Source: Carpediemonas membranifera BICM
Taxonomy: Eukaryota > Protista > Fornicata
DNA length: 64,000 bases
Assembly (NCBI GenBank): GCA_019828565.1
Contig: JAHDYR010000025.1
Location: 434,001-498,000 of the forward strand
Direction: 5' to 3'
The notes below the pieces were generated by a model that worked only from the letters and a program-made list of their open reading frames with translations, had not been told where the DNA came from and made no database searches. Each line of letters opens with the position of its first letter. Position 1 is the stretch's first letter. Shown here one piece after another: positions 21,569-32,420 of the stretch. A program made the translations under genes and the position numbers.

Positions 21569-22255
21569 TCACTTCGAGTATTTCTGCACAGTGACCAGGG
21601 CTGCCCTGTTGTCCATGTTTTCCCGGAGATCCTTTGCGAGTGCCGCCACCTGCTTGCTGACATCCCCCCCGTCGGCCAGGCCCTCGGCTAGAGGCATGTA
21701 GCTTTGCCGCACCATCTTCTCCAAGAGCAGAAGAACACGCTTGCGTCTCAAGTCGTCCTTGACGGGCTGCAGGGCGGCCTTGCACTGCGCCTCGATGGCG
21801 GTGAGCGCCTCTTCGACAACGCCCACTCGATCCCCAATCGAGGAGGCGGCGGAGCCGGCAGTTTCCAGTTTGTTGTATGCCTCAACGATGTTCTGCACCT
21901 TCTTGGCGGTCTCTGAGAGCTGTTCCCTGGCGCCGCCAAGCATTGCTTTGAGGCGGATCAGGAGCTCATTGCGGATCGCACGCTGCTCCATCTCGGCACG
22001 GTCACGTAGGAATCGATCTGAGTATTGCGAAAGGGCGGATTGCTTGAACAGGATACGCTCGAGGTCTGAGATGAAGGTGTTCGCGTTGAATTGATCGATT
22101 GGTTGCTCCAATTGTGATAATACCTGCTGCAAGTTGTATGCTTTGTCCTGAGCTATCTTATAGAAGTCAGCTTGCTTCGCTAGATCGTTCAATCTCTTCG
22201 ATGTCTTCACCATTGCGTCATTCCCAGACCGACACATATCGTCATGTAACAGCAT
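21569..22255 (-). CDS. hypothetical coiled-coil protein
   Basis: 228-aa helical ORF with coding-like composition filling the intergenic space. Confidence 0.65.
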   Translation of the reverse strand: MLLHDDMCRSGNDAMVKTSKRLNDLAKQADFYKIAQDKAYNLQQVLSQLEQPIDQFNANTFISDLERILFKQSALSQYSDRFLRDRAEMEQRAIRNELLIRLKAMLGGAREQLSETAKKVQNIVEAYNKLETAGSAASSIGDRVGVVEEALTAIEAQCKAALQPVKDDLRRKRVLLLLEKMVRQSYMPLAEGLADGGDVSKQVAALAKDLRENMDNRAALVTVQKYSK

Positions 22256-22283
22256 AAATCAGCCAACCCGTCAATAAGATGGT

Positions 22284-22919
22284 TTATTCGGCGCTATCTA
22301 CATCCTCCGCCTCTTCCTCCCCCTTCTTCAACCTCGCGTCCGCCTCCTTCACAAGCATTCCCATGAACGCCAGCATCGACGGTTGCTCCGCCTCCACCTC
22401 CTCCAGAGAGTCCCCTATAGTCACAAGCTCAGCCCCCGGCGTCTTATTCCCGTCCATGAACCGGACATTCCACCCCAGCTCCGTCCTGGTGAACCTCATT
22501 CGAAGCCCTTCATCTACGATCCAGTCGACGGCGTCGGGGCGGGATTTGGACTTGCTATGGACCCGTACCTTCACTGAGTCGGGGTTATCCGCTGCTAAGA
22601 TGCTCCTGACAACGCTGTAGCGGGTCTGGGCGTGAAGGAGGGCGGCTTGGTTTGGCGATTTTGGTGTTGACTTTTCTGCCCGAAGAGACCCGAGGCGCTT
22701 CATAAGCGCGGCCCTTTGCTGTTTCTTCTTTGCTATTTGCTTCTTTTGCTTGTCCAACCTGTCTTTCAAGTCTTCTATCTCGCCCTTGAGCTTTTCGTGT
22801 CCCGCAAGTGCCGACTGTTGCTCCGCCTGGAATTCCGCGATGAAATCACACATCTTTGTCGTTGAGCTAGCCCATTCTGCATACATCTTCCTGCATATTT
22901 CCTCCAACTCATTGTTCAT
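22284..22919 (-). CDS. hypothetical protein (N-terminal coiled coil + small alpha/beta C-terminal domain)
   Basis: 211-aa ORF with heptad N-half and beta-rich C-half; AATAAA overlaps the stop. Confidence 0.7.
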   Translation of the reverse strand: MNNELEEICRKMYAEWASSTTKMCDFIAEFQAEQQSALAGHEKLKGEIEDLKDRLDKQKKQIAKKKQQRAALMKRLGSLRAEKSTPKSPNQAALLHAQTRYSVVRSILAADNPDSVKVRVHSKSKSRPDAVDWIVDEGLRMRFTRTELGWNVRFMDGNKTPGAELVTIGDSLEEVEAEQPSMLAFMGMLVKEADARLKKGEEEAEDVDSAE

Positions 22920-23029
22920 TGCTCTCGGGTTTTGACTTGCAGACCCGTCGCCGAGTCGAGACGTCGCCCTGCCGGCAAGAGGCAGTGGACAGCTCTAGTG
23001 ATACACCCCACCCCATCCGCAAACTTTAT

Positions 23030-24163
23030 CTACAAGTTGAACTCCTCATCGTCTTCCTCCTCATCCTCGTCGGCAGCCTTCTCCGGCTCGGTCTCGGGCA
23101 TCTTCCTGGGCCCTACGACTGCTCCGGACCCGAAGTCGACCTCTTCCTCCTCGGCCTCCCCGGGCGTGGCCTCGATGCCGGCAACCAGGACGCCGCACGT
23201 CATCCGTTTCCTGGCGAACTCGTTCAGGACACTGTCCGCCCGCCACTTGTTGTGCTCGAGAAGGACGTGATGGACAAAAATCCTGCCGCCAATGCCGAAT
23301 GTGAGGATAGTTGCCTCCGCTTCACCGACACTGAGCATTTCGATGCCTGCCACCGCGCCGCTGAGGTCGGGGAGGGCGCACTCCTCCTTGGGCTTAGCCA
23401 CAGTAGTGTTGATCAATGACACGCGGCCCCGAGTCGATCCCGCCAGCACGATGTCGCCGTGCATGGCGAGGCTCGTGACGGGCACGGGGAGCTCCACCTT
23501 CCACTGGGGGCGGCCGTCCGTGTGGGGCAGGGCGTAGTAGAGGACCGCGCCGTCCCTACACCCTAGGAGCACGGCAGCGTCGGTGGCGAGGATGGAGGTC
23601 GGCTGGATGAGGTCGTCGATGCTCAGACGGGCGTCAAGCGAGGGCTTGAGCCGGAAAGCTACTTCCGGCTTGATTGATTTGACCCTATCGTGCACACCGA
23701 ACGAGATGATGCTGGGGATAGGGATGAACGCAGGGCCCATTGCCTTGGTGCAGTAGACGAGGTGCGTGGAGTTCGCACCGATGACGAGAGGGTCAGAGAC
23801 GTTGTTCGTGGGAATGCGGAACTCGCTAACCTGCTCGCATGTGGTGAGGTCGTAGAGGTGGGCGTGCTTGGCCTTGTCCACGATAAGAAGCTTTTCCTCT
23901 AGCACGGCAAGACAGTCGGGTTTGGGGCATACGAAGAGTTGCGCAACAGACATCGTGCTATGACGCAGTTTGAGGACGGATCCGGCCTCGGTGATGCCCA
24001 GAGACGAGTTCTTCTTCGTGGGATGAGGAAGCATTGCTTTCATACCGTCCTTGCCAAATGGAAGAGCCGCTCCTTGCTCCTTTACGACTAGTTTGTCGCC
24101 AATAGTAACATTGAACCGGGTGAATGTGCCACCAACATCACCAGCGAGGAGAACGCGCTGCAT
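23030..24163 (-). CDS. WDR74/Nsa1-like beta-propeller ribosome biogenesis factor
   Basis: RVLLAGDVGG, GRPQW..PVTSL, LAGSTRGRV, LSGAV..FGIGGRIFVH and an acidic tail match Nsa1/WDR74 organisation. Confidence 0.6.
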   Translation of the reverse strand: MQRVLLAGDVGGTFTRFNVTIGDKLVVKEQGAALPFGKDGMKAMLPHPTKKNSSLGITEAGSVLKLRHSTMSVAQLFVCPKPDCLAVLEEKLLIVDKAKHAHLYDLTTCEQVSEFRIPTNNVSDPLVIGANSTHLVYCTKAMGPAFIPIPSIISFGVHDRVKSIKPEVAFRLKPSLDARLSIDDLIQPTSILATDAAVLLGCRDGAVLYYALPHTDGRPQWKVELPVPVTSLAMHGDIVLAGSTRGRVSLINTTVAKPKEECALPDLSGAVAGIEMLSVGEAEATILTFGIGGRIFVHHVLLEHNKWRADSVLNEFARKRMTCGVLVAGIEATPGEAEEEEVDFGSGAVVGPRKMPETEPEKAADEDEEEDDEEFNL

Positions 24164-24311
24164 CGTCTTGGTCCTTATCCTGCATCATTTTCGACTCAAC
24201 TTGATCGCTGGAGACCGTCGTGAGGTGACCGCGACTAGTATCATGCAAGCACTAGCAAACCCGTTCTACCGGCCTCTCCATGAGCCCTGAGCAGTTTAAG
24301 GTAAGATCCAA

Positions 24312-24581
24312 ATGCAGTGGGCCAAGAACTTGCTCAACAAGGAGGAAACGAACGTGGAATTCCAGGATCAGCGTTCAATTCCCGCCGTAGACCGTATTAT
24401 GGAGAAGCTGTCTATCGCCACCGGCCCTATGAAGAAGGGCGTCGATACCGCCAAGGAATACGGCAAGAAGTCCCTCGGCTTCGGTGGAAAGCTCGCCTGG
24501 ATTGGTGCTACTACCACGCTCGTCGTTGGTGTCCCTCTCATCTACGAGATCGAGAGATCCCGCCAGATGAGCAAGCGCTAG
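24312..24581 (+). CDS. TOM22: mitochondrial outer-membrane import receptor Tom22 (short, Tom9-type)
   Basis: GKLAWIGATTTLVVGVPLIYEIER matches the Tom22 TM signature (G-K-x-A-W..T..L...P...E.E/DR). Confidence 0.8.
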   Translation: MQWAKNLLNKEETNVEFQDQRSIPAVDRIMEKLSIATGPMKKGVDTAKEYGKKSLGFGGKLAWIGATTTLVVGVPLIYEIERSRQMSKR

Positions 24582-24661
24582 ACTTCGGGAGAACTGAGGC
24601 CCCACAGCGCATTAGACTGAAGATAAACCATCTATTCCCACCAGCCGTCATCCGCATTGAT

Positions 24662-26733
24662 TTAGTGGTACCCCTCGTCTGGGTTGCGCCGAACAGGGGT
24701 CGACACGCGCCCGGAACGCGTCGTCATCGGTGTGCCCGGCGCCGACCCAGTAGCACCAGGCGCCTTCCGCTTACGGGGCGTGCCGTCGACCCGGGACCGG
24801 AGGACACGAGCCAGGTGCTTCTGTACGTCCTGCTGGTCGTCCTTGGGAGTCTTGGCAGCCTTGCCGCGGGGTGCCTTGACAGGCTTGGGTGTCTTGGCGG
24901 GCTCGGGCTGGCCTAGCTTCAGGTCCTTGGCGAGCTTGGCCAGGGCCTTGTTGGACGAAGCGAGCTTCTCGAACTCGGCCTGGCCGTTGACGAAAGCAGC
25001 CTTGATAATAGCCGCGCCGCCCTTCTCCTCGAAGTGGACGGCCGTGTCAGCGTCAATCATGGCCGCGATGGCCTCAAAGACGGCAGGGCCGTGGGGGGTG
25101 GCGAGGACGTCCTTGAGCAGCTTGTTCTGGCCTCTCAGATGGAGTCTGAATGCTGGCTGGAAGTCTCGGTCCCCGGCGACATGCTCGTCCTCGCTGAACT
25201 CGCCCATGAAGCAGGCGGCGATCTCGCCGGCCAGCTCCTCGTCGGGCTCGATGTAGCCGAGACAGACAGTAAACAGACGCGCCCAGTAGCGGTTGAGCTC
25301 CCCGAGGAGGGCGGGGTGGGCCACCATCCAGTCGGCGATGAACCGCGCGAGGGGCGTCTTGTCGGGGCCTGTCGTCGCCGTGGCAAGCTCCCGGGCGCGG
25401 GTGGCGGAATCCTTCTTGCTCTGGCCGGGGAAGCCGTCAGCGAGGTCGGCCTCGGGTGTATCCTGGATGGCCGGCCAGGTGGAGGTGAGCATGGCCTTGC
25501 GCTGGAACTCGTCGAGGAGGGGGAAGCGCTTCTTGTCGGTCGGGTCCTCGAGGGCGCAGACGAGGGTACGCACGCCGGTGGGGTCGGCGAGGACGGCGTC
25601 CGCCTGGGCCATGAGGTGGCGCATAAACTGCTCGTTGAGGAGCTTAGTGTCGTCGACCATCGTCAGAAGGGCGATGATGAGCATCGCGCCATTCTTGTCA
25701 CAGGCGAGGTCGGCGGCCATGGTCTCGTGCTCGGCGCTGGGCCGGATGCCGTGGACGACCTTCTTCCGCTGGGCGCGAGAGGCGAGGCCAATGACGAGAG
25801 CGGCAAGCTCGGCGCCCTCGGCCGTCTCGACTATAGAGAGTAGGGGCAGGCCGATGTCTGCCTCCTTGTCGATTTCGCCCTTGGCGTTCCGGACCTCTCC
25901 ACAGAGGTGGCCCGCGACGGCCGATACGAAGGCCGTGTCGGAGTCGGACGTGCTGGCCGCCCGGAGGACCTCGGTGAAGAAGGCCATGTTGAGGGTGGAC
26001 GTCCACAGGCCCTTGTCGAGCAGCTTGATGGTCATCTCGCGGTTGGCGTTCCACACGTCGGCGCGCTTGATTGAGGCGAGGTGGTCGCGGAGGGCGACCT
26101 TGCCGGGCTTAGCGAGGAGGAGCTCCTTGGTCGCCTTAGCCTCACGGCCATAGAAGTCGTAGAGGAGTCCGAGCCTGCTCTTGCGGTCGACTGATCTGTA
26201 GAGGAAGTCGAGGGCGACGCTCGAGTAGACCTTGGACGCCAGCTCGGGCACACGGCCGTACACCTGCTTGAGGATGGGTGCGAAGGCGGCGCCCTTGTAG
26301 TGGTGGCGCATGAGGGACTGGCAGACGTGGGTGCCGTAGGCGTCCTTCATCAGGGCCGTGAAGACCGTGTCCCTGCCGTCGTCCTTGGAACCGGCGTCGA
26401 CAATGGCGGTGGCGATCTTCTGGCGCTGCTCGGTGCTGCCGTACTTGATCATGGCCTGGATCACCAGAGAGGATTGCTTCACAGTGCAGAACTCGCTAAT
26501 ATCGTTGCTCTTCGTGTATTCCTTGAGCAGTTGATCAACAATCTTCAGCTTCTTCTCTGTGGGCGTCTCCTTCATCTTGAGAGTTTGGTACAGCTCTTGG
26601 CTCCCGAACACCTTCTCGTATTTGGTGTTCTTCTTCTTCTTGATCTCTCTGCGGTGCTCCTGTGTAATCTAAAGGGGAACCAACATACCTTCTTCTGCTT
26701 CTTAGTGAGAAGAGGCTTTCCGGTCGGCGGCAT
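24662..26733 (-). CDS. Puf6/PUM3-like pumilio-repeat nucleolar protein (intron 26660-26688)
   Basis: SLVIQAMIKYGSTEQR, KDAYGTHV, RAQRKKVV, VDDTKL, SKKDSATRAREL are Puf6/CPL-like motifs. Confidence 0.85.
26660..26688 (-). other. spliceosomal intron, 29 nt
   Basis: GTATGT...ATTACACAG; removes an in-frame TAG and joins MPPTGKPLLTKKQKK to the main ORF. Confidence 0.8.
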
Positions 26734-26948
26734 GGCGTCTGCACTTCGATCGAACCTAAAAGTGCGAGTCATGCTGACTCGCCGCGTTTGTCGATGGATT
26801 CTCCTGCATTCTGTGTATCCCCACAGACGCCTCATCTCATTCATTGGCCGCCTCCCCACTTTTCCGCATTTGGTGGAATCTTACTCAGCGTCACGCGAAA
26901 ACCGCAAATTTATCAGCCGTGTCAGAAAATGTGTAGCAGTGGCCAAAA

Positions 26949-27941
26949 TCACCTTCCAAACCTGCTGTAAACCAGGGAGTTCACTCCCCCTTCCTCGTCG
27001 TCGTCCCGCGGCGCCCAGAGCAGCTGCTCCGGCACTACCCGCCGACTGATGGCCGAGCCGTGCATGTCATCGTCACTGTCGCTGCTGTTGTCGTCGCCCA
27101 TGAGAGCCATGGCGGCCACAGCCTCCTCGTCCATGGCGCTGTCGTCGTTCTCGTTCTCCGAGTCGTCCAGCCACTCCGCCGCGGGAGTAAGCTGCTCGTC
27201 AGCCTCCAGTGGCGGGGCGCCGAGGTATGCGGCGGCCATGGACCTGGCCCACAGCTTAGACGACCGGGACATTGTGTCGAACGACCCGAGAACAGGGCCG
27301 GTGACCGGGGGCGTCTCGGTAATGATCGTGGTTGCCGTGGGCTCCCTGGAGAGCATGCAGGGGAGCTTTTGGCACGTAAGGGCGGGTCTGGTGGGCATGG
27401 CTGGGTGAGCGTACCGCGGCCTGGTGGGGACGGCGCTCGAGGAGTCTTCGGCCTCGGCGTCGGAAACCATGTTGTTGTTCACAAGATTGGTGTTGGGAAT
27501 CCTCATGCCTTCGCGTACAGGCAAGTGTCGCACGGCCCCACGCTCCTCGTCGAAGAGGGTGACGTGCACGTTGGACGGCTGCTTCGGGATCGCTGTCTCG
27601 GCAAAGGAGGTCCCGAGCTGTGCGATATCCTCTCCAAACTCGTTTGTGCCGTAGCAGTAGACGTTCTTCCCGGATTTGATTGAGAGCTGTGTGAGGAATT
27701 GGACATTGAATGGTGTAACGAACGAAGACGGAACAACCGGTAATACGTGAAATTTCGTATGTCTTCGATATGATGCTCTTCTTTCGCTTTGAAAAAGTGG
27801 TGTTACGGCTGTGTAAGACAAATCGTGGAAGAAAACGAACCGCTTGCGATCGCTGATGAATGAAATGGGGCGTGCTCTGCTCTTTGTTGTTGTTTGGCTT
27901 GATACCTTGCTAATTTCGGAGTTCAAAGCTGACTCTTCCAT
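26949..27941 (-). CDS. hypothetical protein with acidic C-terminus
   Basis: 330-aa ORF; no recognisable domain. Confidence 0.65.
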   Translation of the reverse strand: MEESALNSEISKVSSQTTTKSRARPISFISDRKRFVFFHDLSYTAVTPLFQSERRASYRRHTKFHVLPVVPSSFVTPFNVQFLTQLSIKSGKNVYCYGTNEFGEDIAQLGTSFAETAIPKQPSNVHVTLFDEERGAVRHLPVREGMRIPNTNLVNNNMVSDAEAEDSSSAVPTRPRYAHPAMPTRPALTCQKLPCMLSREPTATTIITETPPVTGPVLGSFDTMSRSSKLWARSMAAAYLGAPPLEADEQLTPAAEWLDDSENENDDSAMDEEAVAAMALMGDDNSSDSDDDMHGSAISRRVVPEQLLWAPRDDDEEGGVNSLVYSRFGR

Positions 27942-28481
27942 GTTTTCCTTGTGATCCGAATATGGCGACGGTGCACCTCGGAAGACTCAAAAATAGCTCG
28001 CGGCAGTCAGACTGTAAGCGACTTTTGCATGTTGGGGCATGCCACTCGTGACAGTATTCCACCGCTAATTCTTGAGTATCGTTGGTCAGCGATCAATTGA
28101 TCTGATGATCTCGATCTTGACAGAATATTTCCTCTTGTGAGCAGTGGCGACCCGAAAGATCGGTCATACGCATGTCGCTACCAGTTACCTAGCTCCCCCG
28201 GAGAAAAGCGGCGAGGTCACGGGCTGTTGACAAAAAATGTTGCCGCCAAACCACTTAGGATGATCTCCGACTCTCAGAGTGACCGGGTGAAAAACAGCAT
28301 TTACGGCTTCTATGAAACTAGAGTTCCCTCAGGAAACTGTTTGGGAGGTCGATCTTCTCCGATATCAGTAAAGCAGAAATTGAGTCTCTGTCTTTTCTGA
28401 AACAATCACTTGGTCCCCAAAAGTCATGGGCACCTCAAATCTCAATTAGAGACCGGATCCGATTGGATACTATGTTTACAC

Positions 28482-29789
28482 TTAACCCTGGATCTGGCGC
28501 TCCTGGCGCATCGTGCCCGCCGTCGCCTCCATCTGCTGCAGGAAGGGGGTCAACCCGGCAGTGTCATGCACAACGTGCCTACTAAAAGCAACAAACGGCA
28601 GTTTCCTCAGCGCCCTGCCGCTGAATCCTTCTGTGTGCTCGACGATATTCCTGAGGGCACCCATCACGGGGCTCTCCGCAGTGAATGAGTCGACCCCGGC
28701 CGGCACCAGCTTGGTCGGTGCGGCCACGTCGAACTTCCCCTCGTACTGCAGCACGCCCTTGGCGATCATCTCGAGTACCATGCCGCGCAGGATAGTGTAT
28801 CTGCACTGCGGCGACGGGTTTCCCACATAAAGACGCATGTCGGCCCTGTCGAGGAAGGCAATGTCGATGGCCTCGGTAATGTTGCTGGTGCACATAATCA
28901 GCACGTTGTGGCGCTTCTTGAGCTGGTCAAGCTGAGTCAGCAGCGCGTTCACCACACGAAGAGAATCCGTGGGCTCGTTGCCGGCCATGGCGGCCTGGCG
29001 AGAGGCAGAGAGGGACTCTACCTCGTCGAGGAGGAGCACGAGGAAGCAGGAGGGGTCGTCTGCGAGCTCAGCGATCTGGTCGAAGAGCTTCATCACCAAC
29101 TTGCCCGACTCGCTGAACCATTTGCTGAACAACGAGTGTGTGTTGATCTCCACAAGCTCGCTGCGGTCGAACCGGGAGCCCATGCGGATGGCCAGCTTGT
29201 GGGCGAGGCTCTTGCATATCGATGTCTTCTGTGTGAGCGTGCTGGCGGGGGATACTAACGCCGGTGCCGGGGGGGCCGTGGAGGAGGACGACACGGTTGT
29301 GAGAGACGATGTTCGGGTCGATGTCCATGTCTGAGAAGAGGACGGAGGCGCGGCAGTAGTTGAGCAGAGTGTCCTTCACCGCATGGTCGAAGATGAGGCT
29401 CTCCCACAAGCCCTCGAGCCCGGCAGACGGGAGGGTGAGGACTGTAGACGCGGGAATGTCGCCTGGTTCGGAATCGTCAAGCTGTTGAGGCTCCTCGTCG
29501 TCGCTGAACGTTCTGAACACGGAAATGTGAATCGACGCCATCCAGGTGAAAACAATGCCGTTGTATTGCTCAATATCGTAGTCATCCACTCTAATGTACT
29601 CCAGAATGTTGCTCAGATCGCTTGTAACTGGGATGTGGACGCGGCCTCTGTGTGAATGGTGTGGTTGCGGACGAACGGGAAAAGAACAGGCACTTGAAGG
29701 CTAATAAACGCACGAACAGACTCGCTTATCTCCTCAATATCGACATTCGCGGTTGATTTCAAGCAAGCTTCAACGAGAACGGGAATCAT
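28482..29789 (-). CDS. PCH2: Pch2/TRIP13 AAA+ ATPase (3 exons)
   Basis: LPS..LEGLWESL, NRVVLLHGPPGTG|KTS, EINTHSLFSKWFSESGKLV, LLDEVESL, EPTDSLRVVNALLTQLD, GFSGRALRKLPF. Confidence 0.95.
29229..29259 (-). other. spliceosomal intron, 31 nt
   Basis: GTTAGT...CTCACACAG; restores Walker A GPPGTGKT. Confidence 0.95.
29648..29676 (-). other. spliceosomal intron, 29 nt
   Basis: GTTCGT...TTCACACAG; joins the MIPVLVEACL exon in frame. Confidence 0.85.
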
Positions 29790-30716
29790 TGTCGCTGCGC
29801 GGTGTCCAGAAATGAAGCCGTCAACCCAAGACCAGTCGGCTTGACACTCCATGCGCTCCGCAAGCGCATTCAAAGTCTCCACTGCAACTAACCTAAGCCG
29901 TCGCACAGCTTCAAGCACTCGATCCGGCGTCCAAACTTCGACTCGCCGTCGCCGGACAGTGAACTTGAGAAGACCGACGTGACTCAGCTGCTGGTCTGGG
30001 AATGCAAGCACGTCTCGGGACGGCCAGCAGAGGCTGAGTCGGAAACGTCACAAATCCACCAACTGACCATCACCCAAGAGTCAGCTCGGTCCCACGTGGA
30101 GCAATGCGCGCGAGATGAGACAACCGTGTGTATGCACAGTAGCAGCTTCGTCAGGAAGGATTCGGGGCTCAACCCAGCGGTGGGTGGGTCAGACAGCCGT
30201 CCCTGCGAATCCCGCTGGCTGACTCAGCTCGATACTCAATAAAGGTTTACGATGCATTTAATCTCTTTGCACACGATCTATTTCTCACCGCACGGGTCGA
30301 CTTCGACTGGGGTAACATCCCTAGACTCCTTCGGTGCATCACTCTCGCCACGACGACCGACCCGCTCTTCCCTGACAGCTCGAGCTTCTGGCCCTCTTGG
30401 TCTCGGAAGAACCGAGCAAACCTTCCCTCGAGCCCGACAGCAGTCGCCTCGAAGTGGATAGCGAACTGCATACTGGGATCGTAGGGTGGTAGGTTTGGTC
30501 GCATGTCGAGCAGTCCGTTCACCAGCGATGACCAAATCTGTTTTTGGCCGCGTCATAGCCAGTCCCATGCCAGCCCGTCTGTAGAGGCAGTCCATGAGAC
30601 AGATCAGGAAACGGGACACGGAGTGTCCAGGAATGTTAAGACACTGGGTCAGTCGGTTTACCAAATGATGCCAAGCCCTTGTCAACCCTAGCGCTATCGA
30701 CTGGGGCCCACCGCCC

Positions 30717-31559
30717 TCACAGATACCCCCGACACTTCTTGGACCCGCACATGCACTTGACCCTCTCCCCTTCAGTCTCGAAGTGGTAGTTGAACGTCAC
30801 CTCCTCCCCTGCCAGGATCAGTCGGCGGGCAGTGACGGCTACCCTAGGTCTGCCCCTGACCTCCCACTTGCCCGTCTCGGCGTTGGGGTCACACGAGTGG
30901 TTGATGAACCTCGCGTCGTTGCCCCGCTCGGCGGAGTCGATCACGATGCCGTCCCCTATCCCCATACCGTAGACGTGGCGGCTGGTGTTGTGCTTGAGGC
31001 GGTCCTGGGCGGCATCCTTGGTAAGGACCTCACCGACATACTCGATTATCAGCTCGCCCGCCTTGATGTCCTCCTTGGCGTAGAAGCCATCGCCCTTACC
31101 ACCAGCGGACCTGATCTCGTACTTGGCGTACTCTTGCCGCTGCAGGCCGCGGTTACCGCAGGAGGGCCCAGCGGTGCAGCTCTTGTCGGTGCACTCCACC
31201 ATGCAGGCCTTGCGGACCTCGCAGTCATCATCAGGGCCGTCATCGGTGCCCATGATGGGCTTGGGGCAGAGGGCCATGGCCTCCTTCGTCCACTTGTTCA
31301 CACGGAGCCACCGGAACGAGGCAGGTTTGGTGGCTTTGGTCGTCTTGGGGTGCTCTGGCTTCTCATGCTTGATCTTGATAACTACGTTTTCAGGCTTGAT
31401 GAGGTCATTCACTGATATCGAGGCCTCCTTGAGCGGCTTCAGAGCCTTCTTCTTGTCCACGACAGGGATTGCCTTTTCCTGCTTAAAGTAGGACTGAATG
31501 GAGTTCTGTTTCAATCTACTGCTTCTTCGCACGTTCTGATCAGCCTGGTTCTCCTTCAT
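30717..31559 (-). CDS. AWS-SET-postSET histone lysine methyltransferase (Set2/ASH1/NSD-like)
   Basis: CGNRGLQR, KGDG, IEYVGEV, ARFINHSCDPN, EEVTFNY, CMCGSKKCRGYL. Confidence 0.93.
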   Translation of the reverse strand: MKENQADQNVRRSSRLKQNSIQSYFKQEKAIPVVDKKKALKPLKEASISVNDLIKPENVVIKIKHEKPEHPKTTKATKPASFRWLRVNKWTKEAMALCPKPIMGTDDGPDDDCEVRKACMVECTDKSCTAGPSCGNRGLQRQEYAKYEIRSAGGKGDGFYAKEDIKAGELIIEYVGEVLTKDAAQDRLKHNTSRHVYGMGIGDGIVIDSAERGNDARFINHSCDPNAETGKWEVRGRPRVAVTARRLILAGEEVTFNYHFETEGERVKCMCGSKKCRGYL

Positions 31560-31747
31560 TGCCAAGAATTTACCCAAATTCTCGCTTCATTCTCACGACT
31601 TGACGACTTGGTGATGAAGTCACAAACCAGCCGGAATCCATAAAGCGATGCGGGACCTCAAGCTCTGCCCTGCCGCACACACTGCATCAACCACACTCAA
31701 CAGCCCTCCTCAATCCTTTATCCGTCGTACAAGCTGTCTCGCCTCTC

Positions 31748-32420
31748 TCAGTCGCGCATAATCCCGACCTTCCGCGAGGTCCGCCCCGAGAGGCTGTAGG
31801 ATGGCCCAGACCGGCCGATCGTCGTGGGTACGAGATATGCTCCAGGGCCAGGGTTGCTCTGCTCGTTGGTGCGGACGCGGTGGCGCCGGCTCATCGAGTA
31901 CTTGGGGCCAGTGCCCACCCCACCGTCGCGGCGACTGTATGCTGCAGGGCCGGGGGAAGCGGTCTGCACGTCCTTGTTGGGGAAGTTGCGGCCCTTCATG
32001 GTCGGCTGGGGGCCGCCGGGGAGTGAGATCTCGTCGCTGCCGTAGTGGCCGGGGCCGGGGAGCACCTCGTGGTTCTCATAGTTGCGGCGGCCAGTGATAG
32101 AGAAGGCTGGGGAGTTCTCACCGACAGAGGAGCCGGCAACACCGTATGCGCCGGGGCCTGGGGATGAGCCGGCCTTGCCAGCGTCGAACGCGGGCTTCCC
32201 GGACATCGAGAAGGCAGGAGTGTTCTTCTGGACGGAGTTTGTGTCGTAGACGTACTGTCCGGGGCCAGGAGTCTGGCCACTACCTGTGTCAAGTGCTAGA
32301 AATCTTGAACAAACGGTTCCTCTGGGCTTGCCGGGAGGCCATGGTGTACGATGGAGTATCAGGCTTGGGAACAAGGCTATATGCGCCAGGTCCGGGACTA
32401 TCAGTAGCGTAGTCGTCCAT
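31748..32420 (-). CDS. SHIPPO-repeat (PGPGxY) ODF3-like axonemal protein (intron 32284-32314)
   Basis: Six PGP(G/A)xY repeats spaced about 30-37 aa, each followed by P(A/S/K)(F/Y)S-like motifs. Confidence 0.88.
32284..32314 (-). other. spliceosomal intron, 31 nt
   Basis: GTTTGT...TTGACACAG; brings an additional PGPGAY repeat exon into frame. Confidence 0.85.

Noticed and set aside
24100-24163. Glucokinase-like motif LAGDVGGT at the N-terminus of ORF 23030-24163
   Set aside because: The rest of the protein has propeller (WDR74/Nsa1-like) motifs and no sugar-kinase features.
26669-26688. Apparent 20-nt intron (GTATGT...TTTAG) in the Puf6-like gene
   Set aside because: An in-frame acceptor 9 nt further on (ATTACACAG) matches the consensus and gives a typical 29-nt intron; the proximal AG lacks the -6 A.
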